DNA from: Octopus vulgaris
Lineage: Eukaryota
Reading direction: 5' to 3'
Length of the DNA stretch: 64,000 bases
Assembly: GCA_951406725.2 (NCBI GenBank)
Contig: OX597836.1
Span: 37,510,001 to 37,574,000, forward strand
A model generated the notes under the pieces. The model was not told the DNA's origin and searched no databases. It saw nothing but the letters and a program-made list of their open reading frames with translations. Within the stretch, counting starts at the first letter, position 1; every line of letters begins with the position of its first letter. Shown piece by piece: positions 40,812 through 52,248 of the stretch. The position numbers and the translations under genes are program-made.

Positions 40812-41898
40812 TTTTTGCTAGAATGGAACCGATATATCAATTCAATCTAGACTCTTACAAACGCTACACCTTTAAAAAGAAATGGACTTGTTTGATTGGC
40901 CCTTTAGAAAAAAACGGTCAATCTTCGAGCGATAAACAAAAAGGTCAAAAATATATGTATATATATATAAAAAAGCTTATAAAAAATTATAAAATCCGAG
41001 GAAAAAACCTTACATTGAATAAAATACATATTGACGTTAATGAAGAAAGTATAAATTAATTCATAGGAATTAAACCTGTTATAAATATTACACTGCAATA
41101 CATATTTTTATTAAAATGTGCATATATATATCAACATACACAAAAAGGATGCGCGCCAACGCCATACATATACAGACGTATGAATATAAATCTAAATATA
41201 CACATAAATGCATGTGTACATATATTCACGCAAAACCATCTCGCACGCAAGTTAAAAATCATGTATGTAGCGATTCTCATATACTGAGTAAGGGGGGGAA
41301 CGAAAGAAAGGAAGAGAGAGAAAAAGGAACGAAGGAGGGGTGGGGAAAAAAACGAAATAAGAAAAAATTATGTATACAATCTGTGTAACGGCGTTATTGG
41401 CATATATGGAGACAAGTATACAAACAAGTTCGTATGGATACATACATACAGTCGTGTATATGTGTGCTTAAGCACAAACATACTCTCACTTACACATACA
41501 CAGATACGCATGCTTACAAATACATATCCTCGGCTATACACATACTTACATCAACATTTTAATTTTGACAACATTGCTTTTTTTGAAAAAACATTGCTTT
41601 TTTTTTAAAGAATGGGTGCATTAATAAAAATATATACGAAAGACATATAAAATAAAATATAACACCCTATTTGGATCATTTATAAATAATCATGGTAATA
41701 TAAATAATCAAGGTAATCCTATACAATACAGTAACCTGAAAACAGGGTCGAAGGTTTTTCCTGATGTATATGTAGAAACATAAGACTTTGCTATACGGAT
41801 TAAGATCCGCATAGCTTGGAAAACAAAATCCATCGTAGCGCTCATCGTTCAAGAGTCAAAATCAAAATTTCAAAAATCAAAAATACAAAATATATACT

Positions 41899-43737
41899 CT
41901 ATCCATATGGTATATTTATATTCGACATTTTAAATTTAGCCGCGTGCCTACATAAGTTCATTAGCTCACTTCTTTGATTCAAAGAATTATTGTCTTTGAA
42001 TAAGATGTACATTTTTTCTGATAGACAAAGTTTGCACTTGAAATTATTTTTGTAAGCTCCATGCCTGTATGGTGCCGCCCTGTCCAGAATGCTCCATGTC
42101 ACGTTGAAAGGTGGGGCTTCCTTTTCTTTTAGTTCCCAGACATATTTTGCTAGGCTGGTCCTCTTCCTATTCTCTGGGTATTTAAATGAATTTTTATGAG
42201 AATAAAATCTTGTTTTAAATGAATTTTCTGAAGCCCCTGTGTATGTCTTGTATTCTGATGAGCCTTCCACTTGCACCTTGGCTCTATAAACTACTTTCAC
42301 TAGACATTTCCCTTCTAACGGACAGGAGCTTTCGTTTTTGAAGTTGCATTTCTTAATGGGCTCGGCACCATGTCTAATCTCAATTAGCTTCCTATTATGT
42401 TGGCTAATGTAAGAGGCGAAATTTCTGCAACAAGAATAGCTAACCTTCAGGGTTCTTCTTTTAAAAATCCTATAGAATTTATGACCCTGCTTAAAATGCT
42501 TAGAGACTAATCTCAAAAATTCCTTACCTATATTAGTCTTTACGGCCAAATTGAAAGCCGGGTTGAACCACAAAACTTTCCTGGTCCTAGTTCTTCGTGC
42601 AGCATTATTATCAGCATTAAGCTGGTTGAACTGGATCTTCTCAGAGAATCCACTATTCTTTAATGCGCTATCGTAATAAGGTGCAGCATTATGGAATGCT
42701 GCCTCGTCCGAAGAAATTGAAGATATTCTTCTACCTACATTGCTGACTAAGTTCCTAAGGATAACTGGTGGATGGTTCGAATCTTTGCTAATATACGATA
42801 GCTTTTCATTGGGCTTACGGAAAGGTTTAAATCTATCCGATCTTACATTAAAATTTACGTCTAAAAAATCTACACTATTCAGGTTAGCATCTATCGTAAC
42901 CCGTAAGCCCATCCTTTGAAAGAAAGCTATGAGGTCCTTCCTAAGTCTATCTGATTCATGGCCGTTTAGATTATGCGTGGCTATAAGGCCGTCATCCCTA
43001 TATAAACCTGCATCTATAAAAGGGAATTCTATTTTTAGATTATGGAGAATAAAGGCTCCTATGAGCATACATAACTCAGCCCCGTCGTATGCCCCCATCG
43101 GTACATCGAAAAGAGAATCCTCGGTCTTCTTAATCCAGGTGGAATCCTCGAAAAAAAGAAGCGATTTCCTCGCATGCATAATAATATCAATTTCCGAGCT
43201 ATCGATGTTGACATATTGCTTGGCGAAGTCCAATGCCCTTAGGAGCAACGTCCTAGATATTGACGGGTAAAAGTCAATAATGTCGAATTGTGTGAAACTA
43301 CAATTATTCTTATAGCTAATACCTTTAAACCACTCTATGACTGACTTACTATTCTTCCAAATTCTCAAGTCTACTTCGCTATCTAACTTAACTAAAATAC
43401 GGTCCAAAATATTTTTGCTAATAATTCCTATCTCAGTTTTAGCCGGATTTATCAATCTACATTTGGGGTTTCTACTAAAATTGGCTTTATGGTCTTTCAG
43501 AGTAATAAAAGCTGGTCGTGGTGAAAGATATTCAATCCTATCGCTAATCTTAAGATCGTTAGCTATTCCTCTTGCTTCTAAGTTCACCTCTTTGTATATA
43601 TTCGTGTTGTCTTTTTTGTATGTGTCTGTGACACTATTCGAAATCAGGTGCTTATAAACGTCCTTATCAAGTGCATATAAGTTCCTTGTCTTGTCAGAAT
43701 TAACGAAGATCTTATTCGAGTCGTTAATCTCCTTAAT
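41899..43737 (-). CDS. PLE reverse transcriptase + GIY-YIG endonuclease, 5'-truncated open frame
   Basis: SDKTRNLY, KDHK.NF..NPKCRLINP, FDIIDFYPSI, FDVPMGAYDGAE, GLYRDDGL, DFLDV, SNHPP, WFNP..VKTNIGKEFL, KVSYSC, CN....CPLEGKCL, VVY..YTG..FKTRF..H, CKLC..EK, LNQRSE..CRH. The first ~51 aa of the ORF-track call (to 43890) are antisense of the other arm. Confidence 0.92.
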   Translation of the reverse strand: MKEINDSNKIFVNSDKTRNLYALDKDVYKHLISNSVTDTYKKDNTNIYKEVNLEARGIANDLKISDRIEYLSPRPAFITLKDHKANFSRNPKCRLINPAKTEIGIISKNILDRILVKLDSEVDLRIWKNSKSVIEWFKGISYKNNCSFTQFDIIDFYPSISRTLLLRALDFAKQYVNIDSSEIDIIMHARKSLLFFEDSTWIKKTEDSLFDVPMGAYDGAELCMLIGAFILHNLKIEFPFIDAGLYRDDGLIATHNLNGHESDRLRKDLIAFFQRMGLRVTIDANLNSVDFLDVNFNVRSDRFKPFRKPNEKLSYISKDSNHPPVILRNLVSNVGRRISSISSDEAAFHNAAPYYDSALKNSGFSEKIQFNQLNADNNAARRTRTRKVLWFNPAFNLAVKTNIGKEFLRLVSKHFKQGHKFYRIFKRRTLKVSYSCCRNFASYISQHNRKLIEIRHGAEPIKKCNFKNESSCPLEGKCLVKVVYRAKVQVEGSSEYKTYTGASENSFKTRFYSHKNSFKYPENRKRTSLAKYVWELKEKEAPPFNVTWSILDRAAPYRHGAYKNNFKCKLCLSEKMYILFKDNNSLNQRSELMNLCRHAAKFKMSNINIPYG

Positions 43738-44210
43738 GGTGCCGAGCCCATTAAGAAATGCAATTGCAAAAACGAAAGCTCCTGTCCGTAAAAAAAAAAT
43801 GTCTAGTGAAAGGAGTAGTTTATAGAGCCAAGGTGCAAGTGGAAGGCTCATCAGAATACAAGACATACACAGGGGCTTCAGAAAATTCATTTAAAACAAG
43901 ATTTTATTCTCATAAAAATTCATTTAAATACCCAGAGAATAGGAAGAGGACCAGCCTAGCAAAATATGTCTGGGAACTAAAAGAAAAGGAAGCCCCACCT
44001 TTCAACGTGACATGGAGCATTCTGGACAGGGCGGCACCATACAGGCATGGAGCTTACAAAAATAATTTCAAGTGCAAACTTTGTCTATCAGAAAAAATGT
44101 ACATCTTATTCAAAGACAATAATTCTTTGAATCAAAGAAGTGAGCTAATGAACTTATGTAGGCACGCGGCTAAATTTAAAATGTCGAATATAAATATACC
44201 ATATGGATAG
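43736..44210 (+). pseudogene. Duplicated GIY-YIG endonuclease segment in the right arm
   Basis: Identical to the C-terminus of the minus-strand ORF from VVYRAKV onward; frame disrupted near 43789. Confidence 0.9.
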
Positions 44211-45302
44211 AGTATATATTTTGTATTTTTGATTTTTGAAATTTTGATTTTGACTCTTGAACGATGAGCGCTACGATGGATTTTGTTTTCCAAGCTATGC
44301 GGATCTTAATCCGTATAGCAAAGTTTTATGTTTCTACATATACATCAGGAACAACCTTCGACCCTGTTTTCAGGTTACTGTATTGTATAGGATTACCTTG
44401 ATTATTTATATTACCTTGATTATTTATAAATGATCCAAAATAGGGTGTTATATTTTATTTTATATGTCTTTCGTATATATTTTTATTAATGCACCCATTC
44501 TTTTAAAAAAAAGCAATGTTTTTTCAAAAAAAGCAATGTTGTCAAACTTAAAATGTTGATGTAAGTATGTGTATAGCCGAGGATATGTATTTGTAAGCAT
44601 GCGTATCTGTGTATGTGTAAGTGAGAGTATGTTTGTGCTTAAGCACACATATACACGACTGTATGTTTGTATCCATACGAACTTGTTTGTATACTTGTCT
44701 CCATATATGCCAATAACGCCGTTCCACAGATTGTATACATAATTTTTTCTTATTTCGTTTTTTTCCCCACCCCTCCTTCGTTCCTTTTTCTCTCTCTTCC
44801 ATTCTTTCGTCCCCCCCCCCCTTACTCAGTATATGAGAATCGCTACATACATGATTTTTAACTTGCGTGCGAGATGGTTTTGCGTGAATATATGTACACA
44901 TGCATTTATGTGTATATTTAGATTTATATTCATACGTCTGTATATGTATGGCGTTGGCGCGCATCCTTTTTGTGTATGTTGATGTATATATGCACATTTT
45001 AATAAAAATATGTATTGCAGTGTAATATTTATAACAGGTTTAATTCCTATGAATTAATTTATACTTTCTTCATTAACGTCAATATGTATTTTATTCAATG
45101 TAAGGTTTTTTTCCTCGGATTTTATAATTTTTTACAGGCTTTTTTATATATATATACATATATTTTTGACCTTTTTGTTTATCGCTCGAAGATTGACCGT
45201 TTTTTTCTAAAGGGCCAATCAAACAAGTCCATTTCTTTTTAAAGGTGTAGCGTTTGTAAGAGTCTAGATTGAATTGATATATCGGTTCCATTCTAGCAAA
45301 AA

Positions 45303-45340
45303 CTGTCTGATGAACGGCAACGAGAAACTCAGAGTAACAG
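45303..45340 (+). ncRNA. Type I hammerhead ribozyme motif in the right PLE arm
   Basis: CTGT-CTGATGA-ACGGCAACGA-GAAA-CTCAGAG-TA-ACAG: stem I CTGT/ACAG (extendable), short stem II with GCAA loop, near-palindromic stem III, GUA triplet. Confidence 0.82.
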
Positions 45341-45442
45341 ATTTTGTTGAATTTTCTGCTGCTTAAAATAAAGCATATTACTCTACCACTGGTATTTGAG
45401 TACTCTTTTTTCCACCTTGTTTCACATTTATGTGTTTACTCC

Positions 45443-45495
<53 letters not shown>

Positions 45496-45511
45496 TGTAA
45501 ATAATAATAAT

Positions 45512-45972
45512 AATGGTATTTTTATATAAGCTTAAAGCTTATGGCGATCACCTTGCAATGACTCAGGAAAATAATCTAATAAAGGGACATATAAGCACTC
45601 GACAGAAAAAAGAAGGCTTTCCTTTCCGAGTGGAATAGTAAAGGAAAGGATAGGAAAGCCTTCTTTTTTCTATAGAGGGCTTATATGCCCCTTTATTAGA
45701 TGCAGCACGGATTTTTGTCAGTGAACAGATCGCGGTCTTATTGCGACGAAAATATTTTGACAAATTAAACTTAAATTTTGAAGTGAATCGAACGGCTTTT
45801 GTGTGTTTCTTAAATGACTTACAAACACCTTCCACGCTGCAATTGTTTTCGTTCCAGCACACAATCTCAGATCAAATCACTTGCTATGCAAGTACATCTC
45901 CGTATTGGATTATTGTCCTTAGTCATTGCACAGTTAGCGCCATAAGATTTAAGCTTATATAAAAATACCATT
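45512..45972. mobile_element. MITE-like element with ~70-bp TIRs and a nested internal hairpin
   Basis: AATGGTATTTTTATATAAGCTTAAA.CTTATGGCG... at both ends, inverted; a second inverted repeat at ~45574-45701. Confidence 0.8.
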
Positions 45973-46272
45973 CGCACCGAAAGCATATATATTTATATAT
46001 ATATACACACACACATATCATCGTTAGATATATATATAGATATATATAGATAAATATATATATATATATTGTTTTCTGTGAGTTTTTTCTTTTATCAAAG
46101 CGGAAAATCGAAACGAGTTATACGTTAGAAATATCAAAATAAATGCAGTAAGCAGGTAGAATGGTTAGCACGCGGGGCAAAATGATTAGCAGCATTTCGT
46201 CCGTCTTTACGTTCTGAACAAAGAAGCTGAGGTTGACTATGCCTTTCATCCTTTCGGGGTCGATAAAATAAA

Positions 46273-46602
46273 GGATCTTTTCGCTTTGACCGGCAGATTT
46301 TTAAAATAATTTCTTTGTAACTAAATTCCGTTTGTAACTAAATTCCCGGAAAATTCGCCGGAAAATGTTGTTGACAAAGAACCTGAGAAATTGTATTCAC
46401 CTCAATAGACGTCATTGATTGGTTGAAATTGCCGAAATGCAAGAAATTAAACAACAAATAGCTTACAAACTACAGAATTTTCTCAAGAAAGCCAAGAGAA
46501 AAAGATGTTTTATGTAACACATTCTACCAGTATACGAAGTTTAAAAGTGTTTAGTTACAAAGAAATTATTTTTAAAATCTGCCGGTCAAAGTGAAAAGAT
46601 CC
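46273..46602. mobile_element. MITE with ~52-bp GG-initial TIRs, inserted in a SINE family A copy
   Basis: GGATCTTTTCGCTTTGACCGGCAGATTTTTAAAATAATTTCTTTGTAACTAAA and its reverse complement; flanks AAAATAAA / AAAACAAA; SINE halves at ~46150-46272 and ~46603-46690. Confidence 0.85.
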
Positions 46603-46749
46603 AAAACAAATACTAATTGAGAAGTGGGATCAACGTAATTGACTTATCACTTCTCCAGAAGTTACTTGCATTGTGCCGAAATTTGAAACCATAATAAGTA
46701 TCAGAATAAAAAAAAACATTAAGTAGTAGGAATTATATTTTTAGATTAA

Positions 46750-48420
46750 CAAAGTGTTACATTATTATGTAAATTACGTTGTAACCAAAACCGCCTAAGG
46801 AGAAATTCTATGTTAGGAAGTGGAGATAATGCTATAAAGTAATTTGGAGTTAGAGTTGGAATAAGAAACGTATGCATATCTAAAATATATTATTTCTGTT
46901 TTGTCTTGTGATTTAGTGGTGGCCTTGGAAAAAGTTTAGTTGTAAATGAAAAATGTAATTGGATCTACTTCATAAAATATAATAGAATTGTTCCCATAAG
47001 CCTTTTTTAGCTCTTATTAATGTAATATCGCAGAAACGTTGTTGATATTTCGTATCAAATCAATGTAAGTAGGAAGAAAATATGAGCACAACGTATTTTA
47101 TGTTAACTATCAAAATTTACATTAGATTGTTTATTGTTATATAACAGTTTCCCAAAGGATGAATATAGGTTAATTTTCAGAAGGTTATGAGAAGTGGGAA
47201 AATATACAACATAACCTAAGAGGTGGTGAGGGACAGAATGAATGAGTGCAAAAGAGGAATTTTTTTATATAAATGGACGATGACTGAGTTTGGGTGCGTT
47301 TCGTACAAGATAAGCAATTTGATGAGATTACTTGGGGTGGAGCAAGAATAAAATATTCATATTTTGTCGGAGATGGTAATGGTAAGTATATGACTAATCA
47401 AAATCAATGTAGAAATTTGGGAGGAAAATTCATTTAAGACGTCAGAAGGAGTGGACGTAAGTCGTATGAACTGAGAAAAGACGAGTTAATCCATGAATAG
47501 AATTTTTAACACAAGAGATATAATAAAGTAGATGTTTGCATAAACACAATAAAAGTAAAACATATTCACTCTCACAAGGGAATTGCTTGAAAATTATGTA
47601 TTATTGGGGTTAGCTTAAATTATAAGAGCAACAGAAATTTAGAATCATGGTTCATTAAAATAGATTAGCGGACTTTTTCTTACAATTACCAATCAGGCAC
47701 AGTTTGAAGAGCCAGTATATCAATATGAAACCTACCTACTTCGAATTTACGAACTGTAAACAGAAAAGCATCCCATCTTAAAAATTATTTAGCTTGTTTG
47801 TATTTTAGCCAAGTGACAGAGGACTTAAAGAGCTGTTATATAAATACAGTAGGTGAGGGGCTATTTAGTTTCTCAGTTGTTGAACCTCCCTTATAGAGAA
47901 AGAAAATGGAGAGGAATTAGATTAGGCACTTGTGGTTTGAAAAAGTATTTTATACCTATTAGGTTATATCATTGGTTTGAAATATGAATTGTTTCCATGT
48001 CCTAAGATCAAAGATTTCAAAGATTTCAAAAATCAAGGATTATTGAAGAGGATTTTTTGTTGCTTGTGTAAGCAGCGATTATCTTCCAATTTAAGTTGTT
48101 ACTACTCAATTTCAAATTTTAGATAACTTATAGCAATCGAAACTGGTGTGTCTGTTTTAACTACGAAATGTGTAGGAATGTTTGTCATATCGTAATTTGA
48201 AGGATTCGCTCTGAATGCAGTGTGAGGTAGTTTCTTTCTGCTATGTAACTCATCAGTAGAACGATTGAAGACACCTTCCTGCTATTTATCTTCAGCTGGA
48301 ATGAAATGTGGAAACTATTGACTAAATATTTGCATGGTGAACCCAGATTTCCTGGAATGGTAACCCTAAGAATTGGCGCATTATGTCTTTTAAAAGTTGC
48401 TGATGTGATGATCTCCACAC
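46750..48420 (-). pseudogene. Probable very old LINE ORF2 remnant
   Basis: Long repeat-free stretch with faint minus-strand motifs (LKYKQAK, KKAY-like) in plausible order; no intact frame. Confidence 0.35.
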
Positions 48421-49449
48421 TACCACTTTCATTAAAAGGCCATATGGTCTACCGGTACTTAAGAAAATATGTGGAGGCATCATACTTAAAATATCCCTTT
48501 CCCAAGGGTAGAGAAAGCCACTATAAAATAATTATCATCACTATTGTTCATGTGAGAAATGGTGAACCGTACATAGTTATTTTAGTCATCATTTAATCTC
48601 TTCCTTTGCGCTAGTTCAGTTTGTCATAATCTGACTTTCTGAAAGACTATATCAGACATGGAAACAAACTAAGACCAGTTTACATCATGATACTGAAAAA
48701 AAAAGAGAGAATTTTTATAAAGAAAATAAATTTCAGTAAATAAATTCTCAAAGAATTTATTCATACAACTTTTCGCCACCAAAGCGTAGGATTTATTAGA
48801 GGGGAGTGTGAAAACGAATAAGAAAACTACTAATAGAATTAACAAGCCGAATAAGAATAGAAAAAGGAAAGAGACAGGAGCAGGCGAATTAAGAGGCTAG
48901 TTAAAAGAATTACCGGAGCAATTCTTCAAACTATATTTTTTCTTAAATGCAAAATATTAAAAAAAGTTTATTTATTGAAGAGGATATACAAACAAGGAAA
49001 ACAGAGTATATTTATTAAAGGGGATATAAAAGTAAATAAGCAAGAAGTACGGGAGTGAGATGCTGTTTGCCTTCCGTCTTAACCTTTGTTGCTTTCCCAT
49101 TGTCCCGCTATACACCCAGTACATATCATGATGCAACAAGTTGTGGCACATATAATTCATAATGGGGAGTAAGAAAACTAGGTTATCGTTATGTTCTATT
49201 ATTATATGACTGAGAGAGAGATGCATAAACTGATGAATCAACCATCTTTCGAGTGTGTATAGCGCTCGCCCAGAACACGCTGAAAGTACGAAAAATACGC
49301 TTGTTCGAAAACAGAGACGGGAATCAACATTGGCAATCACGGCTCTTAATTCAGATGTCGTCCTGTTTAACCGTTTAACGGAGTACAGTTGAACAAGGTT
49401 CAATGTATGAGTGTGTATGGATACATACTTACAGCCTTACATGCATACA

Positions 49450-49475
49450 TACATACATATATACATGTATATATG

Positions 49476-49547
<72 letters not shown>

Positions 49548-49612
49548 AACACACACATATATATATATATGCACGCATTTGTCAATGTAATTCATTTATT
49601 ATTTTGTTTATA

Positions 49613-49657
<45 letters not shown>

Positions 49658-49693
49658 ATGTTTGCATATATGTATGCATATATACTTTATACA

Positions 49694-49758
<65 letters not shown>

Positions 49759-49890
49759 ATATATGTATGTATGTATGTATGTATGTGTGTGTGTACATGT
49801 ATGTATATAAACACATATACATTTATATATACGTACATGCATTTGTCATCTACGAATAAGTGTGTGTGTGTGTGTGTATTTGTCTGTATG
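49450..49890. repeat. Compound (TA)n/(TG)n/(TATG)n region
   Basis: Directly visible. Confidence 0.9.
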
Positions 49891-50450
49891 TATTTCAATT
49901 GTATAAAAAAAAAACGTTTTGAGGGGATATTTGTTATTTTAAGTTGTTAACATAAAAGAGAGAAAATAATCCCCTTCCCTCGATGCTGGATGTTTATTTG
50001 TGATGTTGCTGTTGTTGTTGTCATCACCATTGTTGTTGTTGTTGTTGTGGTTGTGATGGTGATGGTGGTGATTATGGTGGTGATTGTGGTGGTGGTGGTG
50101 GTGGTTATTATTGTTGAGTATACACATACATTTTGCTTACTGTGTCTTTCGAACAGGTTGCAATAATCAAGTCAACATGGAACGCTCGGAATTAAGATAA
50201 GTCACCAAAAATGAAACGGGAGACAAACATTATAGTCATAGCAGCAATTAGTAAAACTAGTATCATAGACTGTAAGCTTTAGAGCCAGAGACTTACGAAA
50301 CATGATCTAAAATCCTTGTACACTGTAGTACATGCGTGCATTCATAAAAAATATCTATATGCAGAGGCATGGAAACATGCATGCATACGTAAAAGCATGT
50401 ACACAACCCCACCAAAATGTTATTATGCATTTAAAGTACATGTGTTTATA

Positions 50451-50651
50451 ATAACAATAAGGAGGTGCTTTTTCCATTCACTAAAGTGAATGGAGCTTTG
50501 ACCAAGAGAAACTCATGTCATCAGACGGTATCTAACGGTCATAGGGTGTGGCTCGAAACACCCGATGAACGTTGGCCGCCGTCTGAGGACATTGGTTCCT
50601 CCTGACCAAGGCTCTATTCACTTGGGAAAATGCACCTCCTTATAGGTGTTA
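50451..50651. repeat. ~200-bp imperfect palindrome (fold-back)
   Basis: ATAAGGAGGTGC...GAGCTTTGACCAAGAGAAAC..GTCATCAGACGG..GGGTGT / ACACCC..CCGTCTGAGGAC..GTTCCTCCTGACCAAGGCTC...GCACCTCCTTAT, with an 8-nt central loop. Confidence 0.85.
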
Positions 50652-50667
50652 TTAACACACACACGCA

Positions 50668-50724
<57 letters not shown>

Positions 50725-50750
50725 GCTCTTTCTCTCATACACACACAAAA

Positions 50751-50786
<36 letters not shown>

Positions 50787-50837
50787 GGAAAAACAAGTCA
50801 AAGTAGAAAATGCTAAAATAATTTTATAAAAAACATT

Positions 50838-50874
50838 TCAATACCCGTTTCAGTCATTGAGACCTTTTCAACTG
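50838..50874 (-). ncRNA. Hammerhead-like motif with U3-A8 core, in a short TA-anchored element (~50787-50975)
   Basis: Minus strand CAG-TTGAAAA-GGTC-TCAAT-GACT-GAAA-CGGG-TA-TTG. Confidence 0.5.
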
Positions 50875-51118
50875 TAAGAATGGAAAGCAATTAAATTTTG
50901 GAAAAATTAAAAGAAAAGTTTTTAAAAATATTTGCATAGTATTCAAATACAAGGGGCATTTTCCTTGTTTCTGCCTATCTCTGTCTCTTTTGTTTACTCT
51001 TGTGGGTTCCATATATACACTCATATACACATACATATTATTTAGCAACAGTTTGACTGAGCTTCACGTAACTTAAAGTCTCCTAGAGGCTCATAGAGCG
51101 AACTTAACTCATCCGATA

Positions 51119-51157
<39 letters not shown>

Positions 51158-51183
51158 GTACAGTCATATACAAGCAAATATAC

Positions 51184-51442
<259 letters not shown>

Positions 51443-51465
51443 TAGATGTATATACACAGGCACAC

Positions 51466-52237
51466 AGAGGGTGCAATAGGTAAATTGTCACCATTTTATA
51501 TTTTTATATTGTTTGTTTTTGATTTTGTTGACTATACAGTATAGAAGGGGCAGTTGGGGACTGTCTGTGAGAAAAACAGCACCATGACGCAATTCACTCT
51601 GCCAGAAATTTGGAAACAACATACTGTACTGCTTGGCACTGGAGCCGGAAGCTCTAATAAGAACATTTCAGAGTGTTTGGGTGTCAATCTGAGGACAGTG
51701 CAGTGGACTCGGAAAGAGTTGGATGATTACGAAGGCGTTTGGAATGATCACTAATGATGGCAACGTTATGCCTCCATTCATCTTCCCGCATGGCCTCAGA
51801 CTCAAGGCGTAGGCCTACATCAAGTGCCTGGAGGATGTAGAGCCGCTCTGGGTAAAGAGGGTGACTGCTGGAAGACCCTGTGTCTGGCAAAAGCATTCTG
51901 CACCATGCCACACAAGCAAGAGAACCCAGTCACGGCTGTCAGACAATTTCTGTGGTTACATCACCGCTAACATCTCTGGTCACCAGACTGCAACCCCGCT
52001 TGATTATTGTGTGGAACGCAGTTGAGCGGGAGACCAACAAAACTCCAGAAGAGTCGCAGGAGATTCCGAAATCATTTGGAGGCCGTGACTGAAGCCAATG
52101 GCGATTTTCTTCAATAAATTTGCTCTTTAGTATTTCGAGGTACCTTTAAGTAATTTTGGTAAATACGTCTGTTAAAATGAGATGTCCGTTATTTCATTTT
52201 ATCGTAATTTAGACGACAGTTTATTTACCGCACCTTA
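51466..52237 (+). mobile_element. Internally deleted DD37D/maT-like transposon
   Basis: Degenerate TIRs GGGTGCAATAGGTAAATTGTC / GACAGTTTATTTACCGCACC; HTH ISECLGVNLRTVQ; VFGMITNDGNVMPPFIFPHGL..WQKHSAPCHTSK..PDCNP.DYCVW. Confidence 0.8.
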
Positions 52238-52248
52238 TGCGTATATAT

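Larger units (their letters stand above)
40741..45444. mobile_element. Penelope-like retroelement (Naiad-type) with inverted pseudo-LTR arms, between (TA)n tracts
   Basis: 40741-42371 is a near-identical reverse complement of 43736-45373; the right arm has an extra tail to 45444; (TA)n at 40677-40740 and 45445-45492. Confidence 0.93.

Noticed and set aside
42929-43657. Plus-strand ORFs of 113 and 106 aa
   Set aside because: Antisense shadows of the RT frame with no independent motifs.
43738-43890. N-terminal 51 aa of the 663-aa ORF as a signal or leader peptide
   Set aside because: It is the antisense of the inverted arm read through the junction.
41899-44450. Selenoprotein-type Naiad (in-frame UGA plus SECIS)
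   Set aside because: The retained frame has no in-frame UGA, and I saw no convincing SECIS after the stop. The hairpin GCTATGCGGAT-CTTA-ATCCGTATAGC (~44294-44320) lacks SECIS motifs.
48972-49403. 143-aa minus-strand ORF
   Set aside because: Non-ATG start, no recognisable domain and no clear splice context.
50000-50115. Poly-His/Asn ORF
   Set aside because: A degenerate (TGG/TGT)n triplet tract with no coding context.
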